The notes beneath the pieces are model-generated. The model was not told the origin of the DNA, did not search any database, and saw nothing but the letters and a program-made list of their open reading frames with translations. A DNA stretch of 63,291 bases, counting the filler, from Phoronis australis (Eukaryota > Animalia > Phoronida), in the NCBI GenBank assembly GCA_002633005.1. It is 12 parts of 12 records of this genome, joined end to end, with 100 filler letters (N's around TTAATTAATTAA, not from the genome) between each part and the next. Parts side by side here need not be neighbours in the genome. Positions count along the whole stretch, not along the records: positions 34,751 to 38,467 come from NMRA01000871.1; positions 38,568 to 40,996 come from NMRA01003673.1; positions 41,097 to 44,328 come from NMRA01003135.1; positions 44,429 to 46,156 come from NMRA01003912.1; positions 46,257 to 49,020 come from NMRA01003441.1; positions 49,121 to 54,387 come from NMRA01002376.1; 6 more parts are not named here. The stretch is one strand, 5' to 3'. Shown one piece after another: positions 37,951-51,414 of the stretch; the stretch's first letter is position 1; every line of letters begins with the position of its first letter. The translations under genes were made by a program, and so were the position numbers.

Positions 37951-40409
37951 GTATCCGTTTCTAAATGTATCTGTATGATATATTTCTAAAACCCATGTAC
38001 ATGTAATTAATTTGATACTCATGGAATGAATGGGCATTTTACGTTCATCTGTTCATGGTCACGGTAAAAACAGGTGTGTTTAATTGCTTGTCGTTTCATG
38101 CTTATTTTGAGCATACATTTGTAAAATCCGTAACTTTTAGTAGGACGGCCGGGGTTAAAGCACCGGTCGTCTAGCCGACCAGCAGCCGACCAACAACGGT
38201 CGGCTAGGAGCCGTCTGCTGAGTCGCCTCTGTGGTCGGCACTTGGGTCGGCTAAATGGTCGCCTAGCGTAGACGACCAATTCGGATTAAGCGTGTCCTTG
38301 GTCGGCAATTACCATTTTATGACTTAGCGGGTGAACTTTGGCCAAACAAACATTGAACAGTTCGCTGTTCGTTCAGCAGCGGCAACTCCGGTCTTGACAT
38401 CGGTTTATCAACTTATGTTCAACTATTGAAAGGTGTTAAAATCGACTCAACCTACAAATATGTGACANNNNNNNNNNNNNNNNNNNNNNNNNNNNNNNNN
38501 NNNNNNNNNNNTTAATTAATTAANNNNNNNNNNNNNNNNNNNNNNNNNNNNNNNNNNNNNNNNNNNNGCCGATTTTTGCCCCACATCCGGTGACGTCATT
38601 CATACTTCGGTACATGCGCATTAAAACTCGCAACTGAACTATTGAATCTTGAATGGAACACCATGCTTCACATGCATGTGTCTTGGGGAGTATAATGAAC
38701 TTGCATGCAGTGGAGGATTGTTGGGGCAGCGATCAATTGTTAGTTGCCTACAGAGGCCTCCCCCGGCACTGTGGCCCCTCGAGACACACCACGTCCTTGC
38801 CGCTACATGATTCATTGGTGCCAATATCACATGTCGGTTGTTATTTCAAATCGCATGATGTATCTGCGATAGGAAGTGCCTTGAAATAGTTTTCGCTGTC
38901 CGTGTTTTACCAAAATCATCCAACGATGTTCCTTTATTGTCTCATGAACGTGTTAAAGATTCTTAAAAGGTTACTGGAGTACAAAAACGTGTATTTTTAT
39001 TGTTATTTAGTTTAGTAATAAAGTCTATATCAGAAATCACAGCTTTTTTATTCTTTAGCATTTTTGCAAATAAGTGTTTTTCCAATGTTAATTCCTATTG
39101 GCTAACGCGCGTCTGACGTCACTGAGGCTGCATCGTGAGTGAAGGCCTCTCACTACAGAACTGTACTTTATGTGTATACGTAAGTAGTCTGCGATCTTGG
39201 CTCTCACAAGTTTATAATACAAGTTTTCTGCCGTGTCGTGTTGACTATTAGTGGAATGATACCGTTCTGCATCATGGGTCCCGCGTAGTCACGCCAGTTA
39301 AACTGCATTTCAAAGTTGCACAAGCAAGCGACAGAATCATGAGTACAACAGTTTGATTTCGAAGGAAAAATATTATTTATATAGACTAAATGTCATAATT
39401 ATATGATGCAGAAATGTCAAAGAAACACTAGTTTCTATATTGTGTCGGCTTTGTAAAATGTACATAGGCAATAGGCAAACAGATCATTTTGATTTAATGA
39501 ATTTGTGGTTGGCAATACAAAACAAGGTAACTGTAATTATTTTTTGCTCTGGCAAATTCTATGAAAACTTTTGTAGTAAAGGTATATTTCAGAAAATGCG
39601 CATGTTGTTGAGGTCAATTAAAAATCAGCACTTACACATCATCAATTTGCCAGGTACTTTTGACCACTGAAAAAGAGGAAAGGTTAATATGACGACAAGT
39701 ACATTAAATCGCATTGGTGTTTCTTTTGACCAACCAGAGGACCAATTAAGAGCAAATTAGTACAACAAATAAATGCCCGACATTTCTGGAAAATAGCACA
39801 GCAAGTTATTTAATTGACGTTCCTGAGCCGGTGGACAAACCCTCCAGCTAATCTCCCTTCCTCACCTCAGTACGGCGCTGCAAGCCTTTTAGAACGGCTT
39901 CCATACCGAATTAGACAGTTTGACTTCAATAACTGTAATACAATGGTCATATATTTTCTTTTCATGAAATTCCGCGGTACGACAAGAAATATCGTCATCA
40001 AGTGACGTCACTGAACCAAAGACGATCCAGTGTAATTCGTAGTGAGGGCTCATTTAAGTTGGGTATCTGTGACCACGTGATAGCCTCGATAACAATGAAA
40101 ACACGAATACACACACAAACTATGTCGTATTCTACAAGAGCAATGCAGAGCGTTGAAATGCGCCCACAGTTGCACCGTATACGGTATCCTTCTAGGGTTG
40201 TTTATTGGTACCATAAAGTGGNAGGGGCAAAATGTGAGTGATCTTCATAATACAAGCACATCCTATACATCAGTTGCTTAAAGCACCACAGAAACATAGG
40301 ATTAAAAACAAATTCACCAACATACGAGATTAGCACAGCATTAGAATGCCAGAAACAAATTTCTACTTGGAACTTTTCCTTCATAGTCAGGAAGTAACAC
40401 AAAGTATAC

Positions 40410-40997
40410 ACCTGAAGACCTATGAAAATACAGAGGTCAATGTAAAATACTAAAATTGCCACTAGAGGCATACTGGTAGTCAGAATCATCCTAAAGTCGT
40501 CATCGTCCGTTGTCACCATCACATAAATACATTTGCTATATTTAGTAAAGATCCTGCAAACGGTTGATAGAGGGGTGGACGCCAAAAAACAGACTCAAAA
40601 ACAGTAAAAATGGCCACTAGGTGTCGCACACTAGATCGAATCAATCCGAAAACGGGAGGATAGCGTCATCACACTAATAGGTGCCTACATACAAAATTTC
40701 ATGAAAATCCATTGAAGACTTGTGAAGATACAGAGGTAAACGTAAAAAAATAAAAACACTAAAAATGGCCGCTAGGTGGCGCAAACTATGTCGAATCCAT
40801 CTGAAAACGGCAGGATAGAGTCATCTCACTAATAGGTGCCTACATACTAAATTTCATGAAAATCCGTTCAGGACTTGTGAAGATACAGAGGTAAACGTAA
40901 AAAAATAAAATTGGCACTAGGGGGCACACTGGTAGGCGGATCCGTCCAAAAGTTCTCATCGTCTGTTGTTAACATAATATAAATACACTTATTAAAN
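40410..40997. repeat. ~156-bp satellite-like array (A-B-B-A), each unit with a CTCF-like motif
   Basis: gaagatacagaggtaaacgtaaaa at ~40724 and ~40880; ccactag(a/g)(g/t)g.cgc-like motif in each unit. Confidence 0.75.
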
Positions 40998-41233
40998 NNN
41001 NNNNNNNNNNNNNNNNNNNNNNNNNNNNNNNNNNNNNNNNTTAATTAATTAANNNNNNNNNNNNNNNNNNNNNNNNNNNNNNNNNNNNNNNNNNNNCTCT
41101 CCAACGATAATAATTAGTATTCTAGACATGGTTTTCAATAAATTTCCTCAATGGTTTCCAAAATGTTGGTTCACGGTTTGCTTGTAATGAAACCCTATGT
41201 TGGGCATCTGGTCTGACATAATTGAAGGGTCTG

Positions 41234-41309
41234 CATGGGCGGCGCAGCACTGAAAAAAGTTAGGGCAATAAAGCCCCCCCTCCCATTCCCCTATGGTGCG
41301 CCACCCATG
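41234..41309. mobile_element. 76-bp CAT..ATG mini-MITE
   Basis: TIR catgggcggcgca / tgcgccacccatg; flanks gtctg / gtctt. Confidence 0.6.
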
Positions 41310-41800
41310 GTCTTTAATATCTTTTTACAAAAAAACGATTGAAGCGATTGAAAGTACATTTCAGATAAATGAAATACGTCCCATGAAGAATTTCACAAAA
41401 GCTCCTTCATATGAAGGCGACGTAACCTTTTTTAAATAAATCAACACTTTAAAATAACACTACGTTTAAACATAATTAAAGTGCATGAGGATATTTTGAA
41501 CGTTTTTTGAGGGCAGTTGGTTAATGCAATTAAGATACTTACTGAAAACAAATTGAAATCATTCGCAGTATCAAAAAATGTAACCTACCGCCAATTTGTA
41601 GGACCTCAATTAAATATTTTGAAAGAGAACTATCGTTTCAACTACACAGCGATAACTAACAATGTCGCAAACATTTAGCTGCCAGTGTTGAATTGCGATT
41701 CCGAAGCGTTCGGGGTTCAAACATGTCATCCGATCTTGAATTGTTGCCGAATGAGTTGACAACATAACTTAATAATGGTGAGAAATACCGCGAATTTATA

Positions 41801-42167
41801 AAAAGAACATGAAGAGTCCACATGCAACCACATCCTGGCCCAACTTTTTATTTCTTTGCTCATCTAAATAGACAAATGTTCAACTGGTCACACTCTAAAC
41901 ACCCGTCTTTCACCGAATTGCGATCTGACCAGCTTAAGGCCAGCATGCCTCTTTAGTGTTTNAAAGAACATAAAGAGTCCACATGTAATCACACATTTCA
42001 AAACTCTCACTTGATTGAAATTTTTACTCAGCTTTATCTATCCTGACCCAGCTTTTTATTTCTTTGCTCATCTAAATGGACAATGAATGTCGATGGTCAC
42101 ACTCTAAACACCCCCCTTTCACCAAGTTACGATCTGACCAGCTAAAGGCCAGCATGCCACTTTAGTG
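41801..42167. repeat. imperfect ~160-bp tandem duplication, second copy with an insertion
   Basis: aaagaacat.aagagtccacatg..tttatttctttgctcatctaaat..cgatctgaccagct.aaggccagcatgcc occurs twice. Confidence 0.8.
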
Positions 42168-42231
42168 ATTGCCTGATAACAGTTTCTAAAAAACGTCAAC
42201 TTAACATCTGTAGTAAAATCAGTGTACTTAC

Positions 42232-42327
42232 TCGGTGATGGATCCGCAGAAGCTGTTCAGGTAATCTATGAATGGCATTCTCACTAGTTCTACAGGCACT
42301 CCACACACAATATATTTATAAATCTCG
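42232..42327 (-). CDS. putative orphan exon, unknown product
   Basis: tacag|..|gtaagt, 96 nt, only the phase 2-2 frame is open: EIYKYIVCGVPVELVRMPFIDYLNSFCGSITE. Confidence 0.35.
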
Positions 42328-45300
42328 CTGTAGTAGTTATAGTAGTAATGATTGTATATAGCAGTAGTAATCGCAGTAGTAAACGTCTCTCTTCTCTCAA
42401 TAGCAGTGGTTTTCTGGTTCGAATATTTGAATATTTGGCGGGAAATACAAAAGTCACGTGACAAGAGACTTAGCGCACCCACTCCCCGTTGTTCTATTAG
42501 ATGCACTCAATGGTCACGTGCTGCCAAACTCAGTTAGGCCACTTCCACCATAGTTACCTGTTGTTAAGTCCCCCTGAGTGCAAACCAAATATGGAGTTAG
42601 GTTCTCAGGGTGCGTACCAAAGAGGAGAAACGTTGGGTACGGGACGAAAATGGTGGGCAAAGAAGTTCATTTAAATCGTGAAATATTTCGGGTGTTAAAC
42701 TTTTGAACAAAAATGTGTCATGAGGACTCGCCGTCGGTGATAAATTTGCTCTAAGCTTTAACTGAGGATTTTCTTAGCATTATTAACTGCCATCCCACGA
42801 GGGTCATCGCTTCAGATCTTGAAAAAATGTGCGTTCATACATCCTGGTGAGATATGTTCAAATGTTTTTTTCAAATTATCCGGGCCTGTATTTTTTAAGT
42901 TGGATTGTCGTCAATATATACCATCTCTCATTTTACAATCCTTGACTACGGACAGTCGACAGAGTGTAACTCGTGAACTCCATCAAGGGGCTACATTAGT
43001 TTTTGCAAATATATTTCTGTGGTTATAACAACGGCTGACGTCATATGAATTTTTTCATATTCTGCTGGTCCCTGTGGTTGCGCTTTCTATATTTTGATTG
43101 ATTTCTTTGGTGAAATTCCATACTTTTGGTCAAATAGTTTCTATATCAAGGAAACAGTGGCACATACACGTTTTCGAATGATTCTAACCTGTGCTGTCCC
43201 ACCACACATCTAAGTTGTGCACAAGGTTACATCACTCGTGTGATTATGTATTGTTAAATATTGTCTGCGGTAAGACATGAATTTAGATCCTAACTAATAA
43301 CTTCGGTGTTGGGTTTCAATTAAATTCGTTTACATTGAGTGAATAAATATTGTTTAACATTGTTTTCTGACATAAACCACCTTAATTTTAGTTTCTGTGT
43401 TTTGTTTAAAATCTTCTCAATGGCTCTCTGCATGGCGGTACTTACATAGATAGCATTTACGGATGCACAACTCCGATAGGTTTGTTTTTTAAACATTTTA
43501 CCCTTATCAGTTCAAGATTCATAACATGGGTTTGTTTTCCCGTTAATCGATGAACTGCACAGAAACAGTAAATAAAATGTACTCCCAAAACCTTCCAATT
43601 CATTTATTAGCCTCTGCGTAAGATATTCATTCAATGCTTGACAACTTTACATCATCAAAGTACTTTTTTCCTTCAAAATTAAAATCGACTGCGGTATAAC
43701 TATATGCAATAAGCATCACCAAAAGTCCAGGCTTTCACAGATCGCGACTGTATTTGAGTGTTTCAAGGCACGCACAGTTACAAAGTACAGGTTACGACGT
43801 ACTTTCTTTGCAATATTTGTCGAAACATACAAAACGCAATTTGTACTATGAGCTTAATAACACAGAATCTTTTGGTTTGAATGAGCAGTCTCTCTTGTTC
43901 ATAAAACCCACGACCGTGTGGTCTGTTTTATGGACAGAAAGAACATGTACTTGCGCAAATTATGATCCACAAAAGAAAGAGGATGAGAAAGGAAGGCTAC
44001 ATTTCGACGTGACTAGTTTTCAAGTATGCTTTACGTTCTGTATATTTTTGTTATGTATCTTGTTCATTTGCTGTAGTGTACTAACGCCAGTATTGTTCGT
44101 CATGATTGTGAGAGAATGTTATTCTAAAGTTGTTGGTAGAACTCAATTCATCAATATCCAAGAGTTTAAACCCCTTAAAATACAAATTATTCGAAATGAA
44201 TAAAAACTGAGATCGTGTCAAGACCAACAAAAACATTTTTTCCTGTGTTTTTCGTGATTTCGTCATTATTGCTTTCAAAACACAGTTTCTTGGAAATGAA
44301 GTAACACATTTTCTGGAAAACGCCACCGNNNNNNNNNNNNNNNNNNNNNNNNNNNNNNNNNNNNNNNNNNNNTTAATTAATTAANNNNNNNNNNNNNNNN
44401 NNNNNNNNNNNNNNNNNNNNNNNNNNNNCCCCCCCCCCCCAAAGTCTTCTGGATTCCATTTGGCAGTTCGGGAAAGCAAATGTCTTGACGGGCAAAATCA
44501 TGACTAGTACTCTGTCCTAGCTCCTTTCTAACTCAAAATCCGGATGGACCCGCTCCTGTACAAAAGCCAACAGACTTGGCGAGAAACCGGTCCGGAAGCT
44601 GCGCTTGACGCAACTGTAAAGGTAATGTTGTCACGTGCTTTGTTTGCATTGCATAGATATCTCGCATAGTCTTGTGCTTTTCGCGAGGTTTCCGTTTCTA
44701 CTGAATGCTGCCGTATTTAAAAATGGTGGAGTTGGCATACGTAAAATAGAGCGGGTCATTTCATGGCGTGTTTTGATTTATGAAATTGGAGATTTTATGT
44801 TAAGAGTTTCGATAAGGTTTCTACACAACCGTAAAATAGACCTACGCTAATTTGTGAAAATTTAAAACAATTTTTATTTTGTGCTGAGCTTTTCTTACTG
44901 AAGCGTTAGCGTGCGGCATCAAATTTCAAAATGGCTTCATACCAGAAGAAAAATAAGCACGAACACAATAGCTGATATGCAAATCCGGCATTTTGAAAGC
45001 TGTGCCCTCTGGTGCCACGGTGCATCTTGGGATAAACCCGAATAACTACTTTGCATTGTCCCAAAGATTATTTAGCAGCATATCAATAAAATTTATATGA
45101 AAGTGCAATATTATCTGAAAAGACGTCGAAAAACTGTAGTACAAGTATTCACCTCCCAAGATCTTCGAGTTTGATTCCCTTCATGCTTGCAGTTTTACAA
45201 CACAGCCGACATTTGAGGTCTGCAGCGGTGCACGCTTCAAACGGCTTGTTTATGACAGCCCCTGCCGCTTCTATTTTTGTCAAATTTTCTTCGTTCATCT

Positions 45301-46759
45301 TTGTTTATAGGCCTACCGAATTCTCGCACACCAGTGCAGGTTACTCGGTTAACTTCCAAGTGTGCAGGATCAAAACTACGTTTTGTCTTTGTTTTCTCCG
45401 GCACCATTCTACCATAAGTACACCTCGTTGACTCAATGTTATGGTGATTTTGTGAATAAAAGGACTGAGGGTATTCACCTATTTCACGAAAGCGCCATCT
45501 TCCCGCGCCATCTTTAAATACTGATCGAAAACGAGGCACACTGATAAAACCTCGTGAGTGATCATCAGCTGGCCATGGTGTACTGTGCAGTGCCTGAACG
45601 TTCCAATTCCAGTAATATCTCGTCGGTATCCTTCCCAGGGATATACTTAGCCACTCGCCCAGTCGCCAATGCGAGTAAAAATGGTGCTGGGCGAGTAGAA
45701 GTTGACTTGCCGGTCGCTCGCTGGCGAGCGAATTTCAGAGCGCAAAAACACTATATATCGTTTCCCAGATGAATATGAATAACTTTCCTCCTCCTTGTGC
45801 TGTTTTTATCATGAATTTAAGGTTCAGTTTGGTCATCGCGTCGATGCTCCGGCAGTAAAAAACATCGGCGCAGTGCGACCCTACCGATTCAGTACATGTC
45901 ACCCGTTACGCGATTCGTCAAAAAAACACAGTGTGTGGTCGTGCACAAAGAACTTGTGGACTAGTCCGAAACGAAGAAAAGGGGAGAAAGGTGGAAGACC
46001 GGTCCATGTGCTCATAGCAAATAAAATACCATATTTCTTGGAACTGATTTCTTATTGTAATGTACAATGTCATTTTAGCCAAGTTCTGTGTCTTATAATG
46101 TCTGAGTTTTCATCATTTTGTTCATTTCAGAGCCAAAGAAGCAGCTTCTTGACTTANNNNNNNNNNNNNNNNNNNNNNNNNNNNNNNNNNNNNNNNNNNN
46201 TTAATTAATTAANNNNNNNNNNNNNNNNNNNNNNNNNNNNNNNNNNNNNNNNNNNNTTCAAGTTTACATGTTGAGTGATGATCAAAGTTAGGTAAAATAA
46301 TGATCCAATTACTCACACTATCGTATCAACTGTGTATTATGCAACTCAGATTCAATCCCAAAGAATCTACCCTTACCTTTCTCTTAATATCAACAGAGTC
46401 TGCAGATGTGTTTTGTATAAAATAAACGTTAGATCATAACCATTTTCTCATTTATGTTAGCCATATATTACTTGAGCTGGGTCTAGGATGAGAAGCAGGT
46501 GCTCACAATGGTATGAGATGCACAATTCATAGCATGCGAGTTTAACCTAAAAATAACCAATCTCTGACACTCAATATTGGGGAGTCTGTCGAATCTTTGA
46601 CTGTAACAATTACTCTTTCAGTATCATATGATAGTTTGCTCTTATCAATAAGCAGTAACTAAATAAATTTAAAATAAATCAGATGCAGAGAGAAGTCTGC
46701 TGTGTCATCCAGCAAGTGAGCTGGGAAATGTGCTGCCTTCTTTACAATTCTTTTATTCC

Positions 46760-47000
46760 TAACTGATGATTAGTTGATTGTCCTTGACTGTTCTCTTTTG
46801 GGATTTGTTGATTTCAATTGATTGTTTTCTGTTCTCATCTGTGATTTGTTGATTGCCTTGGGTTGTTTGTGTTATTGCTTGTGATTTGTTGATTGCCTTT
46901 GACACAATTTGTGTATTGGCCTGGACCACACTTTGTTCTCTTTTACAATCGGTTGGTTGTCCCGGACTGTTCTTTGTTCTCACTTGTGATTGGTTAATTG
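46760..47000. repeat. T-rich degenerate tandem repeat directly upstream of a DBT exon
   Basis: recurrent tgtgatttgttgattgcctt-like units. Confidence 0.55.
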
Positions 47001-47003
47001 CAG

Positions 47004-47143
47004 CATCAAGGACAGAAGGTCAAGTAGACGAATTACCTCATGATATGACAACAGACATAGATGAACAACAAACCACACAGACAGTGAAGGGACTGAAAGT
47101 GTTGGCTACACCTGCAGTTCGAAGGATAGCTAGAGAGTATCAA
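47004..47143 (+). CDS. DBT: branched-chain alpha-keto acid dehydrogenase E2 exon (E3-binding domain start)
   Basis: cag|..KVLATPAVRRIAREYQ|gtaagt. Confidence 0.88.
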
Positions 47144-48095
47144 GTAAGTTGTGTGACAATTAGAAAAATTAATTGGTTTTAAATTTAGGTATACCTAGGG
47201 ATAGCTACCTAGCAACAGGAAGGAACAAAGGCAAAGACACACCTTCAATCAAGAGATGTTTGAGTCTGCTTAATAAGGTCTCTTTTTATAAATTCTTCAA
47301 ATAAACAAGGTTTAGAATAATTGCTAATTTTAGTTACCCTGATACATGGTGGAGAACATTGAATAAAATGGCTTTCAACTGTTCGAAAGACACAAAAGAA
47401 CGTTGGTTCCAATACTGGGTAATTCACTGAATACTGCCAGCCAACTAATTATTGGCATTTTAAATTAAAATAGAAACATATGGTTTACGCTCTTTTTGTG
47501 GAGAGCACAGTGAAACTATTCATCATCCAGTGAATGTTGTCCTGTCTCCCATTTCTGGCTCCTGTTTGCTGAATGGTTAAAACAGAGTAGCTTGTAAATT
47601 TCCATGTGGACAAAGTAAAGATGTTTTTTGGGAAACACTCTGGGAAAACTGAAACAAAAACCTGTTGATCATATTAACAAAATATGATATCAGTTCATTA
47701 AAAATTCAATTTATAAAATGTCCGTTAACTTTGTCAAGTTACGTCCTGAAGATAATGTGGTAGTTGTTGATTATTCATTGTAAATTATGTTAATTACATT
47801 GTGTTCTATTGTAATTGTTTTATGTTTATGTTAGAGCGATATAAATGCATTGCAACAATAAATGCTTTCATTAACTGTACGCTAATGCGCATTTATGGGC
47901 AAAATTTACTGAAATTTGCTGGATACTAGCACCACCCCCCCTCCCAGTATTGGTTATCACATCTACTTCCTGATGATACAACCTCAATGCACTATGACAT
48001 GTCCTTACTTACTCTTATGTTAGTTAAACCCTGTCAACACATCCCCTCCACCAAATGAACTCTCATACTGATGCAAGTCTCCATTCATATGTTAG

Positions 48096-48195
48096 GTTAA
48101 CCTCGGCGAAGTGAGTGGATCAGGTAAAGATGGACGTATACTCAAAGAAGATATTCTGGCATTTGTACAAAAGGCCACAGGTGTGACGACCCCAG
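48096..48195 (+). CDS. DBT: DBT exon
   Basis: VNLGEVSGSGKDGRILKEDILAFV; an alternative in-phase donor lies at 48180. Confidence 0.88.
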
Positions 48196-48705
48196 GTACT
48201 CTCTGTTACAAACTGATGAATGCAGATGTGCCATATTCCTATTTTTTTGTGAAATTTAGTACTTACTTGGCACATCTCATCTGATATCTACCTCAAAATG
48301 AATGTCGTGAGCTTAAATTTTCTTCATTGGTCTTGCACAGATATTTCAGTTTTTAACGAGTCCTTTCGTATTTCAAATCATCTTAGACTTATGCTAGGCT
48401 ATCTCACTCTCAGAATTCCACAAAAAAATGCACTTGACTTGCAAAAAAATAGCTGTTACTTTCCACTTTTTATATTGAATCCAAAACCTGTCAAATGTGT
48501 TTTAGAAAATACCTTAATTGCATTAATCTTTTTAAGATCTGGGTATTCTGATCACATTGTTATTGAAAGTCATTTTAATCAGATTTTCCCCAACTTTTAA
48601 TGGAGTTTGTGTTTCTTGGGAATGTTTTTACGTCGAAGGTAACCCTTTTCTTACCACACTAAAGTGTTACTCCAACAGAGATCTCATCTTGCACTTCTCT
48701 TTCAG

Positions 48706-49010
48706 ATGTCTCGCCACCCGTGATGCCTCCTGAGATCAAAGTACCCGAGCCAAGTGCTCCTGCCCAGACCCCATCTGCAGTTGTGCCCCCTAGAGTGCGA
48801 GTCGTGACTCCCATTGGGCAGGACCGCACGGAGCCAATCCGTGGTGTACGCAAAGCGATGGTGAAAACAATGACCGCGTCAACACTAATCCCTCACATGG
48901 GTATTCTAGATGAGGTGGATATGACAGAACTGGTACACATGAGAAATGAGTGGAAGGAGACGGCTGAAGCCAGGGGGGTCAGGTTCTCCTTTATGCCTGT
49001 TATTCTCAAG
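48706..49010 (+). CDS. DBT: DBT exon (linker + start of catalytic domain)
   Basis: DRTEPIRGVRKAMVKTMT...IPHMG..DEVDMTELV..R...GVRFSFMPVILK|gtaggg. Confidence 0.92.
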
Positions 49011-49671
49011 GTAGGGTACGNNNNNNNNNNNNNNNNNNNNNNNNNNNNNNNNNNNNNNNNNNNNTTAATTAATTAANNNNNNNNNNNNNNNNNNNNNNNN
49101 NNNNNNNNNNNNNNNNNNNNTATTAATTGTTGACGAAAATCAGAATTGTCAATTACGACTTCACAAGAAATCAATAAATTCCGTTACATACCGGGTGTCA
49201 CAAAATGTTAACAAACATAATCTAAAATGCACGTAGGAGTACCAGGATACGGTTTTATTGGGAATTTTTCTTTTCCTCGTTTCTGAAATCACAAACTGTG
49301 CTGCAGCGCGTAGAAGTTGGAAAAAGACAGTGGCTTCTTACTTATACATGTATTGAAGATTTTGCAATGAAGCTGGTACGTCAAAATGTTGACTAATTCC
49401 GCAGTGGAAATTGTGTTAGATTTGAAAATACAAGTAACTTGTAGTAGGTGAATGTCGGATGATCTCGTTTAGTGGAATGTTGACTAGCTGGAGTCAGTCG
49501 TGCAGGGTTTGAAAATAAACTGCTTGTTGTTTCTTTGCAATTGGAGTCAGTTATGGCATTTTGTTCTAATGTCTGCAGTGTCATTCAAACGAAACATCGG
49601 GATTCCTGGAACAAAAAACGTCATTTGTTCAGAGGAAGTCATTCTCTAGGATTCAGTCATATTTTACATGT

Positions 49672-50672
49672 CATAGGCGGATTTAGGGGGNCCCCCCCCC
49701 CCCTTGGCTGCCGCAAAAAAAAATAAAACAACAAGAGCGTAGGGAAATGTTGAGTTTATCAATTTGCCCAGGTAATTAAAATTATACGGATGAAAAAAGA
49801 TTTAAATGTGTGCAGTTTTAGTGTTTGGGGGGACTCAGATCTAATTTCAAGTGTCAAATTCGGAACACGGCGCATTCGTAACGGAACTATGGCTAAGTGT
49901 AGGCTCTCCCGCGATATCCCAGGCGACCGGTAGTGGCGCTGCGCACTACGACTCCGTTTCCGTCGTCTGCTCCACTGTGCAATGAAGAAAATTTACTGAA
50001 TTTTTTAAAGAAAATGGAACCTGAGTGACGATGAAAAAACCGAAGCTTCTGGTAAGATGTGAATTTTAATCTACGCCTCAGTGAATCACTCAGAAACTCA
50101 TTAATTCTCTCTTTGTCAAACTTTAACTTAAGACGATTTCCAAAGCAATCCCGTCATTTTGGCGTCATTATTGCCAACACGAAAAACGGATTTGGTCTTT
50201 TGAGCATTTGAAGACTATTTTAAATACAACAAATTTGTTAAGAACCGATTGCACAAAATATAAAACGTGTAATAAGCATTACAAGAAGAAGTAGGTTTCG
50301 CGCTAAAGCTGTGAACCATAAACAAGTAGGTCTCTTAGTTTAAGTTTAGTAGTGAAAGCGTGGTGGTGTAGTGGTACAGCACGCGCGTTCTATCAGCCAG
50401 GTCGTGAGTTCGTATCTGTGGAACTCTCAGTTTTTCCTGGGTGACACGTTCCCCGTGTTGTCTTTTTTTCTTGGATAATACTTCAGAAATCAAGGAAAAT
50501 GCTTGATTTTTAGAGGAAAAAACAGAAAAATTTCCTGGGCGGGAGGGGGGCAAACCCCCCTCCCGACCTCCCCCCATTCGGTGCTATGAGCATCTACAAT
50601 CGTGTTTTGGGCAAATGCTTACGGCCGGACAAAATGTTGGACCCCCCTTGTGATATCCTAGATCCGCCACTG
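49672..50672. mobile_element. 1-kb non-autonomous DNA transposon (CA..TG, 5-bp TSD CATGT)
   Basis: cataggcggatttagg / cctagatccgccactg with exact catgt duplication; same TIR type as 9898-10125. Confidence 0.78.
50357..50425 (+). mobile_element. tRNA-like SINE head / tRNA pseudogene inside the MITE
   Basis: A box tggtgtagtgg, B box gagttcgtatc; no clean acceptor stem. Confidence 0.55.
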
Positions 50673-51414
50673 CATGTATACTATTTTGTTTAAAATTTTG
50701 GGACACCGTATACATGTACACTCGTATAGTCTGAATGTTTCGTGGACAATTCGAGTAATTCCTTGGGAATTCGATTGGTTGACCGCAGAACTGTCGATAC
50801 ACTTAAACAAGACGAGAAAACGATGTCTTGAATCATCAAAGCCCATTCCGGATAGCATAGGTGATTGGAAGACGACAATAGAAGAACATAAAAATACCAA
50901 ATGACATGTGTATTGCTAGGCATGATTGAATTGCTGATATCAGTGCAGCGCATGTCGCTCATTTTTTTAATACAGAGAACATTTAAAATTCAACGAGAAT
51001 TGGATTTAGGTTAGATTCGTGGCTTCAAGTCTGCCTGCGATTGTAATTACTTTAAATATTACATCGGTACTCCCAAAGTATTTAATTAACTTAGAAGAAC
51101 ATGCTACCAATCTCTGACCGCAAGGCCACCTAGTCTAAACCCCAGTATGTACTGAAATGGGTGTGTGCTGGCGTCTGCACGCTGAGTGTAACCACTGGGA
51201 ACTTTCCAGGGAATGAAATTGAACTAGATTAGATATTCCGACGATGGCCAAGACTGATTTAAAATCAACAATCGTGCCACATCAAGCACCGAATGACCCA
51301 TGGTAGAAAAAATGCAGGAGAGGTCCCGCCAGAAACTGTGTCCAAAAACACAAAAATCGAGTTAGTGCAAACATCAGAAGTGCCACAAAACATTCTATAC
51401 GATTCAGTACACTG

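Noticed and set aside
38640-38890. Cys-containing ORFs as a third EGF exon
   Set aside because: No EGF cysteine spacing and no matching splice sites
50357-50425. Functional tRNA gene
   Set aside because: A and B boxes are present but acceptor and anticodon stems do not pair convincingly
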